This document shows, in pieces, positions 38,704 to 47,341 of a stretch of 64,000 nucleotides of DNA. Location: assembly GCA_963829525.1 (NCBI GenBank), contig CAWHIJ010000003.1, positions 1,408,001 through 1,472,000 of the forward strand, given 5' to 3'. A program made the position numbers and the translations under genes. Under the pieces are notes generated by a model. The model saw only the letters and a list, made by a program, of their open reading frames with translations. It did not search any database and had not been told where the DNA came from. Source of the stretch: an uncultured Actinomycetota bacterium. Lineage in GTDB: Bacteria; Actinomycetota; Actinomycetes; JAHEKZ01. Within the stretch, counting starts at the first letter, position 1. Every line of letters begins with the position of its first letter.

Positions 38704-39258
38704 ATGGCTGAGGTGCTCATCATCTACGGGTCCAGCGAGGGCCACACTGCCGTGGTCGTCGATCATCTTCGTCATCCTCTGGAGGCAGCCGGGCACCTGG
38801 TTAGGGCCTGCTCGGTCGACGATGCCCCGACCTGCCCTGTCGGCTATGACCTCGTACTGGTTGGCTCTTCCATTCACCAGGGTCACCACCACAGGGCAGT
38901 GACCCGATGGGTCAAGGGAAATGCCGAACTCCTGGGACGAATGCCATCTGCATTCTTCCAAGTCAGTCTGTCGTCGGCCGGCGACGCGGCGGGGGCGGTC
39001 GAGGCGGAGCGCTACGTCGACGACCTCATGCGCGCTACCGGTTGGCGTCCCGACGTGGTGGGACTCTTCGGCGGGGCCTTGATGTACACGCACTATGGAC
39101 GTGTCAAGCGCACGATGATGAAGTCGATCGCTGGTGCGACGGGGCTCGACACCGATGTGCGCCGCGACTACGACTACACCGACTACGAGGACGTCGACAG
39201 GTTCGCGCGAGAGGTCACAGCGCTGCTGGATCCTGCCCCTCATGCGGCGTCAGCGTGA
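38704..39258 (+). CDS. Long-chain flavodoxin-domain protein (HemG-like)
   Basis: VLIIYGSSEGHT, YDLVLVGSSIH, AFFQVSL, FGGALMYTHY, DYDYTDYEDV. Confidence 0.85.
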   Translation: MAEVLIIYGSSEGHTAVVVDHLRHPLEAAGHLVRACSVDDAPTCPVGYDLVLVGSSIHQGHHHRAVTRWVKGNAELLGRMPSAFFQVSLSSAGDAAGAVEAERYVDDLMRATGWRPDVVGLFGGALMYTHYGRVKRTMMKSIAGATGLDTDVRRDYDYTDYEDVDRFAREVTALLDPAPHAASA

Positions 39259-39278
39259 AGCGGCCCGGAACGTCGCGT

Positions 39279-40073
39279 TCAGAGATCTTCAAAGCAGTGA
39301 CCTGACCCCAGGGCCGCGAGTCCGGTGAGATCGCCACGACCGAACGACGCCACGAGCGGACGGGCACTGGGATACATGAGTTGTCGTTGATCATCAACAT
39401 GAGCGAGGCCCACCAGATGGCCGAGTTCGTGGGTGATCGTGGCGATGACCACGGCGCGACCGCTGTTGAGGGTCAGCAACTCGCCGAGTTGGTTGGCATC
39501 GAAGACCACCTGACCAGAAACCAGAGCCAGTTGATCGTCGTCAGTGCTGACGGGTTCGCTTCCAGCCAGTCCGACGACTGGTCCGGAGAGCTCGCTGAAC
39601 TCACTGGGAGTGCTCCAGGCGACAAGTACCGGTGCCCAGCGGTCGCCATATCGTTCGGGAAGGTAGTTGGATCGGGTTGCTGATGGCGCCTCGTTGGTGA
39701 GGCCGTCGTCGATGAACTGCAGGCCGGTCGCTGCTGAGACGTTCGCCAGTGCCTGGGGGAGCAGGTCTTGGGCACCGGCCGGAGCCCCATCGGGACGGAC
39801 GACGTAGTGAATCGGACGGCACGGGTCGAAGGCGACTGGCTCGGTCGAGCTGGGCTGGGTCTGCAGGAACGCGTAGTTCGGGTCAGCCGGCACTCTCATG
39901 GTCGGCAGCACCAGTCGCTCGCCGCTGGAAGTGATGGTGGTCGGTCGCCCTAACCCGGCGTCGTCGATCTGGCGTTGCCAGACCCCGAAGGCCAGTGGAA
40001 TTGCGAAGGCCAGCGCCAGGACGAGAGCTCGGATCGCGATCGTCGGTGTGGTCGAGCTGGGGGCGAGAGGCAC
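39279..40073 (-). CDS. Matrixin-family (metzincin) metalloprotease, membrane-anchored or exported
   Basis: HELGHLVGLAH zinc motif, QLMYP Met-turn, FDPCRPIHYVV; start placed downstream of the DUF5302 gene (uncertain). Confidence 0.85.
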   Translation of the reverse strand: MPLAPSSTTPTIAIRALVLALAFAIPLAFGVWQRQIDDAGLGRPTTITSSGERLVLPTMRVPADPNYAFLQTQPSSTEPVAFDPCRPIHYVVRPDGAPAGAQDLLPQALANVSAATGLQFIDDGLTNEAPSATRSNYLPERYGDRWAPVLVAWSTPSEFSELSGPVVGLAGSEPVSTDDDQLALVSGQVVFDANQLGELLTLNSGRAVVIATITHELGHLVGLAHVDDQRQLMYPSARPLVASFGRGDLTGLAALGSGHCFEDL

Positions 40074-40125
40074 TTGTAGTACGTCGACCCGTGGTCCGAG
40101 CGTCTTGATGCCCCCGTGGGTGTGC

Positions 40126-40314
40126 TCAGCCGCCGGACTTGCGACGGAACTCGCGCTTGGCCCCATGGGCGTGGGTGTCTTCGGCTCCGTGCGGCGAGTC
40201 GGGGCCACCTGTTCCGAGGGTGTCATGTGTCTGCTTGTTCTTGCGCTCGAGCGCCTCGCGGAACTTTGCCTTGACGTCCTCGGTGGACCCTGACTGATCG
40301 CTCTTGTCGCTCAT
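40126..40314 (-). CDS. DUF5302 small protein
   Basis: EDVKAKFREALERK...HGAKREFRRKSGG. Confidence 0.82.
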   Translation of the reverse strand: MSDKSDQSGSTEDVKAKFREALERKNKQTHDTLGTGGPDSPHGAEDTHAHGAKREFRRKSGG

Positions 40315-40395
40315 GGGAACGAGCATGCTCTGCGGCAAGTGGTCGGTCAAGCCAGTCCCCTCCCGTAGGACGGCGTGGCCTGGCACTCTTGACCC

Positions 40396-41502
40396 ATGGA
40401 CCGGTGCGCTGTCTTCGTCGATGCTGGGTACCTCGGTGAGAGCGTCAAGGTCCTGCTGACCGAGGGGTCGCCTGGTCGACGGGTGCGAGCGGACCGGCCC
40501 GCGCTCGTCGAAGCCCTTGCCGACCGTGCCATCAAGGACACCGGCCTGCCACTTCTCCGCCTGTACTGGTATGACGCCGCTCCGAACCGGGTGCCCTTTC
40601 CCGACCAACGCGAACTCGGACGGCTCAGCGACGTCAAGCTGCGGCTCGGAAACCTCCGCGAGCGCGACGGTGGACGTCGAGCGCAGAAGGGCGTCGATGC
40701 CGACCTGCACGCCGACATGACAGAGCTCGCTCGAAACAAGGCCGCTGCCGATTTTGTCCTTCTCACCGGCGATGAGGATCTACTCCGCGCCGTTGAGGAG
40801 GTTCAGAAGTACGGGGTCCGGCTACACCTGTGGGGGGTCGACTGTCCGCCGGAGAGCTCGAATCAGTCACTCGAGCTGATCATGGCTGCTGATCGGCGCC
40901 GGGTGCTGGATGCAGAGTTCCTCCGAGCGCTCTACACCGTCTTCCCCGATCCATCAGAGGTCGCGGCGGGAGTAGCTGAGGTTGCTGCCGCCAGTGAGCG
41001 AACGGTCGGTGACGCAGCTACTGAGGAATCTGCCGCCGATCCGCACGTCGAGACCCCACATGTTCCGACGCCCGCCGAGGTCGCTGCTCTGCGCAAGCCA
41101 GCGGCACCAAGCAAACCAGTGCCGTCCCGCCTGCTCTTCACATCCACTGGACGAGGTTCTGGTTACGTCCTTGGGCCGGCCGAAGACCAGCTCCTGCGCC
41201 TTTCGGACGTCTCGACGCGTGAGGAACGGGCCCGCGACGACGCCGAGGACGGCGCTGTGACCAAGGCGGTCGGGGCGCGCGATGCCGGTCGCACCTACGG
41301 AGACCGCTGGCGACTTCGTGCCACAGAGGAGATGCGAGCCGGCCTGCAGGCATCGAGGCCGCTGATCCCGCGACGAATCGATGCCGAGCTGCTCGGGTAT
41401 GCCGACGCCCGGGGAATCGATACCTGGCACGACGAGCATGCCAAGCACGAGGTGCGTGAGGGCTTCTGGTCGGCGCTCGGCCAGGCCGACTCGGCCGGCT
41501 AG
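40396..41502 (+). CDS. NYN-domain (LabA/DUF88 PIN-like) protein
   Basis: AVFVDAGYL, RLYWYDA, QKGVD, LLTGDEDL; Pro/Ala linker; C-terminal helical IPRRIDAELL...EGFW. Confidence 0.9.
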   Translation: MDRCAVFVDAGYLGESVKVLLTEGSPGRRVRADRPALVEALADRAIKDTGLPLLRLYWYDAAPNRVPFPDQRELGRLSDVKLRLGNLRERDGGRRAQKGVDADLHADMTELARNKAAADFVLLTGDEDLLRAVEEVQKYGVRLHLWGVDCPPESSNQSLELIMAADRRRVLDAEFLRALYTVFPDPSEVAAGVAEVAAASERTVGDAATEESAADPHVETPHVPTPAEVAALRKPAAPSKPVPSRLLFTSTGRGSGYVLGPAEDQLLRLSDVSTREERARDDAEDGAVTKAVGARDAGRTYGDRWRLRATEEMRAGLQASRPLIPRRIDAELLGYADARGIDTWHDEHAKHEVREGFWSALGQADSAG

Positions 41503-42989
41503 CTGCTGACGACCCGGAAGAGGCTCATGTCCTTGACGAGGGCGCCACGAACGTGACCGAACGGGGCGGCGGCCGTCTGCTGCAGGAAGCCGACGACCTC
41601 TTGGGTGACGACCTCACCTGGCAGCAGGTTGGGGATTCCGGGCGGGTAGGCGGCAACGGTGTCGGCTGACACGCGACCGATGGCGTCCTCGGCCGAGACG
41701 ACCTCTGTGGCGCTGAAGTAGGCGTCTCGCACGCTGCTGGCACGAGGGCCGGGAGCCGGGAGCTGGATCGCGTGAGCCTGGCTGACCCCGACCCGGGGCA
41801 GCCGGTGCAGCGCGTCCAGCAGGCGGTCGACATCGGGGATGGCGCCAGCACCCACAACGGCAACGATCACCGAGTCGGTGGACATCTCGAAGTGGATGCG
41901 GTGCTGCTCGAAGAGCAGGTGGCGAGCTTCGTGCCCGCTGATGCCGCCAGCGCGCGTGTCGATCACGATGCGCAGAGGGTCGATCGCGACGACGTCATCG
42001 AACTCGAGCATGTGGCCGTCGAGGATGCTGAACCGACCTTCAGCCTCGATGCGGCCGCGGATCTTCTCGACGGCGTCCAAGCTTGCACCGATCGTGGTGT
42101 GTCCGTTGACGGCGAGCTGGTGACGCGCGTGGTCGAGGGAAGCCATCAGCAGGGCCGAAGCCGACGTTGACTGCATGGAGCGAAAGGCACGGTCGAGGAG
42201 CGGTTCGAGACGGTCGGCGAAGTCGCCGTTTCCCAGATGCAGCATCGCAGACTGTGTGAGGGAGCCAGCGAGCTTGTGGGTGGACGAGATCACCAGATCG
42301 GCGCCGAGCCGCAGCGCGTTCACCGGCAGTCGCGGGTGGAAGCCGAAGTGCGAGCCCCATGCCTCGTCGACCACGAGCGGGACACCATGGCGGTGCGCAA
42401 CCTCGGCCAACGCTGCCACGTCAGCGACGGCGCCGAAGTAGGAGGGGGTCACGACGTAGGCCGCGACGGCGTCGGGGTTGACGGTCAGCGACTCGTCCAG
42501 TGAGGCGGGGGTGATGCCGTGAGCGATACCGAGCTCGGCGTCGATGCTGGGGTAGACGAATGCGGCGTCCATACCGGCGAGCGCAAGGCCGTCGATGACC
42601 GATGAATGCACTGAGCGCTGCAGGACTACCTGCGTGCCGAGGCCGCGGAGTGCCAAGCACGCCACCAGGTTGCCTTTGCTGGCCCCGTTCGTGAGGAACC
42701 AGGTGCGCTTGCCGCCCCAGGCCTGGGCGGCGAGGTAGGCGGCCTGCCCTAGGGGGGTGGGGGCGTCGCCGAAGTCGATGCCCTGCGTGAGTGGTGGGAT
42801 GTCGAGGTCGAGGACACGTTGCCCCAGGAAGTCGGCCAGTCCAGGCTGTGCGTGGGCGGACGCCTGATGCCCCGGTACGTCCAGGCGCAAGACGTCGGAG
42901 TCGGCGTACTCCGTCAGCGCGTCGGCGTACGGGGTGCAGGTCTGGTCGAGACCGGGCAGGTGGGCGGCGAGGGCGTCATGGGGAGTCAC
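41499..42989 (-). CDS. PLP-dependent Orn/Lys/Arg decarboxylase-family protein
   Basis: VPGH, WFLTNGAS, RSVHSS, VDEAWGSH, SSTHK (PLP lysine), QSTS, YPPGIPNLLPGE. Confidence 0.9.
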   Translation of the reverse strand: MTPHDALAAHLPGLDQTCTPYADALTEYADSDVLRLDVPGHQASAHAQPGLADFLGQRVLDLDIPPLTQGIDFGDAPTPLGQAAYLAAQAWGGKRTWFLTNGASKGNLVACLALRGLGTQVVLQRSVHSSVIDGLALAGMDAAFVYPSIDAELGIAHGITPASLDESLTVNPDAVAAYVVTPSYFGAVADVAALAEVAHRHGVPLVVDEAWGSHFGFHPRLPVNALRLGADLVISSTHKLAGSLTQSAMLHLGNGDFADRLEPLLDRAFRSMQSTSASALLMASLDHARHQLAVNGHTTIGASLDAVEKIRGRIEAEGRFSILDGHMLEFDDVVAIDPLRIVIDTRAGGISGHEARHLLFEQHRIHFEMSTDSVIVAVVGAGAIPDVDRLLDALHRLPRVGVSQAHAIQLPAPGPRASSVRDAYFSATEVVSAEDAIGRVSADTVAAYPPGIPNLLPGEVVTQEVVGFLQQTAAAPFGHVRGALVKDMSLFRVVSS

Positions 42990-43073
42990 CCCTTCAGGAT
43001 CGGCCAGGGAAGCATGAAAGAGAAGGTGGCAACTATCTGGTGCGGCTCCATACTGATTATGTAGGCTGAGCGG

Positions 43074-43973
43074 GTGCTCGAACTTCGACAGCTCACGGTG
43101 CTCCAGGCAATCGCCCGGGCCGGGTCACTGGCCGGCGCGGCTCGTTCGCTCCACCACAGCCAGCCAACGGTGGCCCACCACCTGGCGGCGTTGGAGTCAC
43201 ATCTCGGGGTCGATCTGGTCATCCGAAGCACGCGTGGCGCGACCCTGACCGACCTCGGTCAGCTCTTCCTCGGTCACTCAGAAGCAGTGTTGGACCGCCT
43301 GGGGTCGGCGGAAGCCGAGGTGAAGGCGCTGGCGCGGCACGGGGTGGCGACGCTGCGCATCGGAACGTTTCCGACAGCCGGCGCCCACGTGCTGCCACGT
43401 GCGGTTGCGGCACTGGAAGTGCGCACCGGGGTGCGCGTTGAGCTGCACGAGGCCGAGCCTCCTGAGTTGATCGAACGGCTCCTCGCCCGGGAGCTGCACT
43501 GTGCACTGATCTACGACGACCCGGAAGCACCGGTGCATCTGCTCGACGAGCTGAAGACTGTTCCGCTGTTCGACGACCCGTTCCGGGTCGTGCTGCCTGC
43601 CTCGCATCCGTTGGCGCGACGTAGGTCCGTCGCGATCGCTGACCTCGCCGACGACGGCTGGATGATGTCGCGCGACCCCGACGAGCCTGGGGACGCTGCT
43701 CTGCGCGCTGCCTGTGCAGCTGAAGGATTCTCCCCCCGGCCGGTGCTGCGCACCGAGGACTACGACGTCATGTTCGGCTTCGTCGCGGCAGGTGTTGGCG
43801 TCGCCCTGGTTCCGCAAATGGCATTGGTTGAGCGTGAAGGTGTGGTCGTGCGCCCGCTCGCAGGAGTGCAACTGCATCGCTCGATTCGCTTCGTCTCGTT
43901 CGCAGAGGACGCGCCACCGGCTGCGGCTGCGTTGTTCGCTGCGCTGCGTGCTGGGGTCAACGCCGCCGGCTAG
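43074..43973 (+). CDS. LysR-family transcriptional regulator
   Basis: GSLAGAARSLHHSQPTVAHHLAALE HTH; VAAGVGVALVP; divergent from the decarboxylase. Confidence 0.95.
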   Translation: MLELRQLTVLQAIARAGSLAGAARSLHHSQPTVAHHLAALESHLGVDLVIRSTRGATLTDLGQLFLGHSEAVLDRLGSAEAEVKALARHGVATLRIGTFPTAGAHVLPRAVAALEVRTGVRVELHEAEPPELIERLLARELHCALIYDDPEAPVHLLDELKTVPLFDDPFRVVLPASHPLARRRSVAIADLADDGWMMSRDPDEPGDAALRAACAAEGFSPRPVLRTEDYDVMFGFVAAGVGVALVPQMALVEREGVVVRPLAGVQLHRSIRFVSFAEDAPPAAAALFAALRAGVNAAG

Positions 43974-43995
43974 GGACCAGTGGCCGGGAGGGGTG

Positions 43996-44388
43996 CTATT
44001 GAACGACCTGTCCACCATCAGCGGTCCACGCCTCGATGCCACCTTGCAGGTCGGACATGTTGCTGAAACCGAGATCGGCCATCTCGTCGGTGGCCACTCC
44101 TGAACGGTTGCCAGTTCGGCAGTAGACAAGCGTCTCGGTCGACTCGTCGAGGTCGGCGACCCGGTCAGTGAAGTCGCTGGACTCCACATCGATGTTGATC
44201 GCCCCGGGTAGGTGTCCGGCCGCGAACTCTTGCGGTGTCCGGACGTCGAGGACGACAGCGTCGCCCTGTTCGACGATCTGTTGGGCCTCTGCCACGTCCA
44301 CGTCGGTGATCGCGTCCGAACTGGTGCTGCATCCAGCGAGCAGGAGAGCGGCCACGGCTACGGGTGCGAGCCAGGTGGGCAACCTCAT
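43996..44388 (-). CDS. Rhodanese-like lipoprotein
   Basis: Lipobox LLAGC; LDVRTPQEFAAGHLPGA, YCRTGNRS, LQGGIEAW. Confidence 0.92.
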   Translation of the reverse strand: MRLPTWLAPVAVAALLLAGCSTSSDAITDVDVAEAQQIVEQGDAVVLDVRTPQEFAAGHLPGAINIDVESSDFTDRVADLDESTETLVYCRTGNRSGVATDEMADLGFSNMSDLQGGIEAWTADGGQVVQ

Positions 44389-44415
44389 TCTGAGTCCCTT
44401 CGTCGACCCAGGAAG

Positions 44416-44433
44416 TATACCCCAGGGGGTATA
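44416..44433. promoter_or_regulatory. CsoR/RicR/CstR-family operator
   Basis: TATACCCCAGGGGGTATA (TATA-C tract / G tract-TATA inverted repeat), 28 bp upstream of the rhodanese ATG. Confidence 0.75.
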
Positions 44434-44448
44434 TGAGTTGCCAGTCAC

Positions 44449-45156
44449 TCAAGCGTCGGTGGCGGGTGCGTCCTGACTGGTGAGGGTGGCTCCGGTTCCA
44501 CCTGCTCGGTCAACGAGTCGCAGCCCGTACCCGACCGATGGGCCGATCAGCACGGCAAATGCGACCGTGCCGATACCCACGGTGCCCCCGAGCGCCCAGC
44601 CGGCCGCGAGGACCGTGACCTCGATCAATGCCCGGACTGCTGCGATAGGGACGCCGGTTCTCTGATGCACGCCCGTCATCCAGCCGTCCCTGGGGCCTGG
44701 GCCGAGCCCACAGGTGAGGTACAGGCCGCTACCCACCCCGATCAGGGCGATCCCGCCGAGCACCTCGGCCACCTGCCATCCGACTGCATCGGGGTGAGGA
44801 AGCAGCGGGGCGGTGACGCCCAGTGCCAGCGCGATGATGACGGCGTTGGCCAGGGTGCCCAGACCAGGGCGTTCCCGGAGGGGGATCCAGAGCAGGAGGA
44901 CGGCCAGACTGATCAAGAACGTCGCCCAGCCGATGCCGATGCCGGTCTGCTCGTAGACGCCTTCGGCAAGAACCGTCCAGGGGCTGACTCCAAGCTGCGA
45001 GTCGACGAGGAGCGCCTCTCCGGTGCCGAAGATCCACAGTCCGATGACGAGGATCGTGAAGGTCGATGGCGATGCCTTCCACCTGGACGCGGCCCGCCAC
45101 CGGGTGACCGGCACTGTTCGGGCGGGCGCAAGCCAGCGTCGAAGGGTGGGGATCAC
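44449..45156 (-). CDS. YczE/YitT-family membrane protein
   Basis: LGVSPWTVLAEG, RERPGLGTLAN, GLGPGPRDGWMTG, LGGTVGIGT. Confidence 0.88.
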   Translation of the reverse strand: MIPTLRRWLAPARTVPVTRWRAASRWKASPSTFTILVIGLWIFGTGEALLVDSQLGVSPWTVLAEGVYEQTGIGIGWATFLISLAVLLLWIPLRERPGLGTLANAVIIALALGVTAPLLPHPDAVGWQVAEVLGGIALIGVGSGLYLTCGLGPGPRDGWMTGVHQRTGVPIAAVRALIEVTVLAAGWALGGTVGIGTVAFAVLIGPSVGYGLRLVDRAGGTGATLTSQDAPATDA

Positions 45157-45215
45157 GTGGCAACCCTATGAGCGGTATCTGCCCGCGGCCGCCCGGCCAG
45201 CGCCAAGATGGGTCC

Positions 45216-46841
45216 ATGCAGCAGGCACGCGTGCGCATCTTCGGTAACGGGGCGGTCTTCACGGGAGCTCGTCAAAGACCGTGGACGGAGGCCGTGGCGG
45301 TCCGAGGGGCAGATGTGCTGGGCGTCGGCGACCTGGCAGACCTGCGTGAGGCATGGCCGGTCGCCGAGGATGTGGACCTCGGCGGCGGGACGCTGCTCCC
45401 AGGACTGATAGACGCGCACAATCACTTCCTGTCGACGGGGGAGTCATTGGCCTCGTTGGACCTTCGCTACCCAGGAGTCGACTCACCCGATGCTTTGTTG
45501 CGAGTCGTGCGCGATGCCGCTGCTGCCGCTGACCAAGGCGAGGCGATTGTTGGCTTCGGCTTCGACAACGGCAAGTACTCGCTTCCCACGCTCGCGGAGC
45601 TGGACAACGCAGCCGGCGACCATCCGCTGAGGTTCTTCCACACGTCCGGTCACAACGTCTTGGTCAACTCAGTTGTGCTGGCCCGGTGCGGTGTTGAGGA
45701 AGAGACACCCGACCCGTCCGGGGGGCGCTTCGTGCGTGACGCCGACGGCAGGCTGACCGGACTTTGTCTGGATGCCGCTTGCGGAGCGGTCGTGCCGACC
45801 GAGGTCGACATCGGTTCGCACGGTCCGAACTTCCACACCAGGGCGTCCCTGGACGATCTCGTCGGTGCCGTCGACAGGGCTAGTAGGGCCTTCCTCGCGG
45901 CCGGGCTGACCTGCGTTGCGGACGCTCAGGTCACCTCGCGCGAGCTGCGTGCCTACCGCGAGGCACGAAGTCGGGGTTTGCTCGGCGTTCGCACCGTTTG
46001 CATGCCGCTGTCACACCAGCTCGATGAGTTCGCAGCGGTGGGGCTGGTCGGCCCGTTCGGGGACGACCACCTCTCGATCGGGCACCTAAAGATCTATGCC
46101 GACGGAAGTTTGACTGGAGGGACGGCCGCATTCAGTTCTGATGCCGGCGTCAAGGGTCAGGAGGCATCGTACTTCCACGAGCCGGCGCGTTTGGTCGCCT
46201 TGATCGAGCACGCATGGGGGCAAGGATGGCGGATCGGCGTCCATGCGCAGGGGGACGAGGCGATCGACCATGTTCTGATCGGGTTCGAAAGGGCGATGGT
46301 TACCTCGCCACGTACCGATGCTCGGCCGCGTATCGAGCATGCTGGTCTTCCGCGTTCTGAGGGCATTGAGCGGATGTCCCGGCTTGGAGTGATCACTGTC
46401 AACCAGCCGTCATACCTGTACGACTTCGGCGACGAGTACGCGGTGTCGCTCGGCGGCTTGGCTGATGAGATGCAGCCGTGGCGCGATGAGTTGGACGCCG
46501 GAGTGCGGGTCGTCATCAGCAGCGACTCCGACGTGTCGAGCTACCGCCCACTGTCCACGATCGGTCATGCCATGCAACGTCGAACGATGAGTGGTCGAGT
46601 CATGGGGGAGCGGCACAGGCTCACACTCGATGAGGCACTGTATGCGCACACCATCGATGCCGCCTATGCCATTGGGCTGGAGCACCGCATCGGGTCGCTG
46701 GAGCCGGGCAAGGCCGCTGACCTCACCTGGCTGTCATCGGATCTCCGTGAGGTCACGGCCGATGACGTCGCCAAAGTGGACGTCGTTGCGACGTTTGTCA
46801 ACGGTGTTGCTGGTCCGACGTCGTCTGATGGCCGGGGTTAA
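45216..46841 (+). CDS. Amidohydrolase family 3 (YtcJ/NfdA-like)
   Basis: PGLIDAHNH, KIYADGS, VHAQGD, RIEHA, SSD, GSLEPGKAADL. Confidence 0.92.
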   Translation: MQQARVRIFGNGAVFTGARQRPWTEAVAVRGADVLGVGDLADLREAWPVAEDVDLGGGTLLPGLIDAHNHFLSTGESLASLDLRYPGVDSPDALLRVVRDAAAAADQGEAIVGFGFDNGKYSLPTLAELDNAAGDHPLRFFHTSGHNVLVNSVVLARCGVEEETPDPSGGRFVRDADGRLTGLCLDAACGAVVPTEVDIGSHGPNFHTRASLDDLVGAVDRASRAFLAAGLTCVADAQVTSRELRAYREARSRGLLGVRTVCMPLSHQLDEFAAVGLVGPFGDDHLSIGHLKIYADGSLTGGTAAFSSDAGVKGQEASYFHEPARLVALIEHAWGQGWRIGVHAQGDEAIDHVLIGFERAMVTSPRTDARPRIEHAGLPRSEGIERMSRLGVITVNQPSYLYDFGDEYAVSLGGLADEMQPWRDELDAGVRVVISSDSDVSSYRPLSTIGHAMQRRTMSGRVMGERHRLTLDEALYAHTIDAAYAIGLEHRIGSLEPGKAADLTWLSSDLREVTADDVAKVDVVATFVNGVAGPTSSDGRG

Positions 46842-47209
46842 GCTCCACTCCCACCGACGAGGAGGGTGGCCGCGATGATGAGACCAAACATGACTTCGAC
46901 TGCGACAACGGCGAAGATCGTGGTCAGCACGAAGGACCAGTCGTGACGTCGGGCGATTGCCAAGTAACCCAGCCCGAATGACATGACCAGCAATGCGAGG
47001 GCGATCAGAGGCAGCAGGAAGGGGCCGAGGACGGACTCATCGGTCACCAGGCCGTCCAGGGCCGACCAGTAGAACGGATAGAGCCCGGTGATCAGCAGCA
47101 GGATCAGAGACCACCATCCAACCCCGGTTGTTGGAAGGATCGGAGCCTTGACGGTGGGTGGCGGGGAACGGTGCCAGTGCGGAGCGTAGATCGCGGCGGG
47201 CATAGCCAT
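46838..47209 (-). CDS. Small hypothetical membrane protein (about 3 TM)
   Basis: SD GGGAGGTG; three hydrophobic segments, no family recognised. Confidence 0.65.
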   Translation of the reverse strand: MAMPAAIYAPHWHRSPPPTVKAPILPTTGVGWWSLILLLITGLYPFYWSALDGLVTDESVLGPFLLPLIALALLVMSFGLGYLAIARRHDWSFVLTTIFAVVAVEVMFGLIIAATLLVGGSGA

Positions 47210-47341
47210 CACCTCCCGAGGCGGCGTTTGGCAGGACACCAGCAGACGCCTCCACGCTCATTGCACCGCAACGGAGTCGGTGGGCACAGTGCCGAAGGTC
47301 CATGGGTCTGTCGCACGGTCCGTAACGGTGCCGTAACGGGT

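Noticed and set aside
40074-40226. Long N-terminal extension of the matrixin ORF
   Set aside because: Overlaps the recognisable DUF5302 gene in another frame
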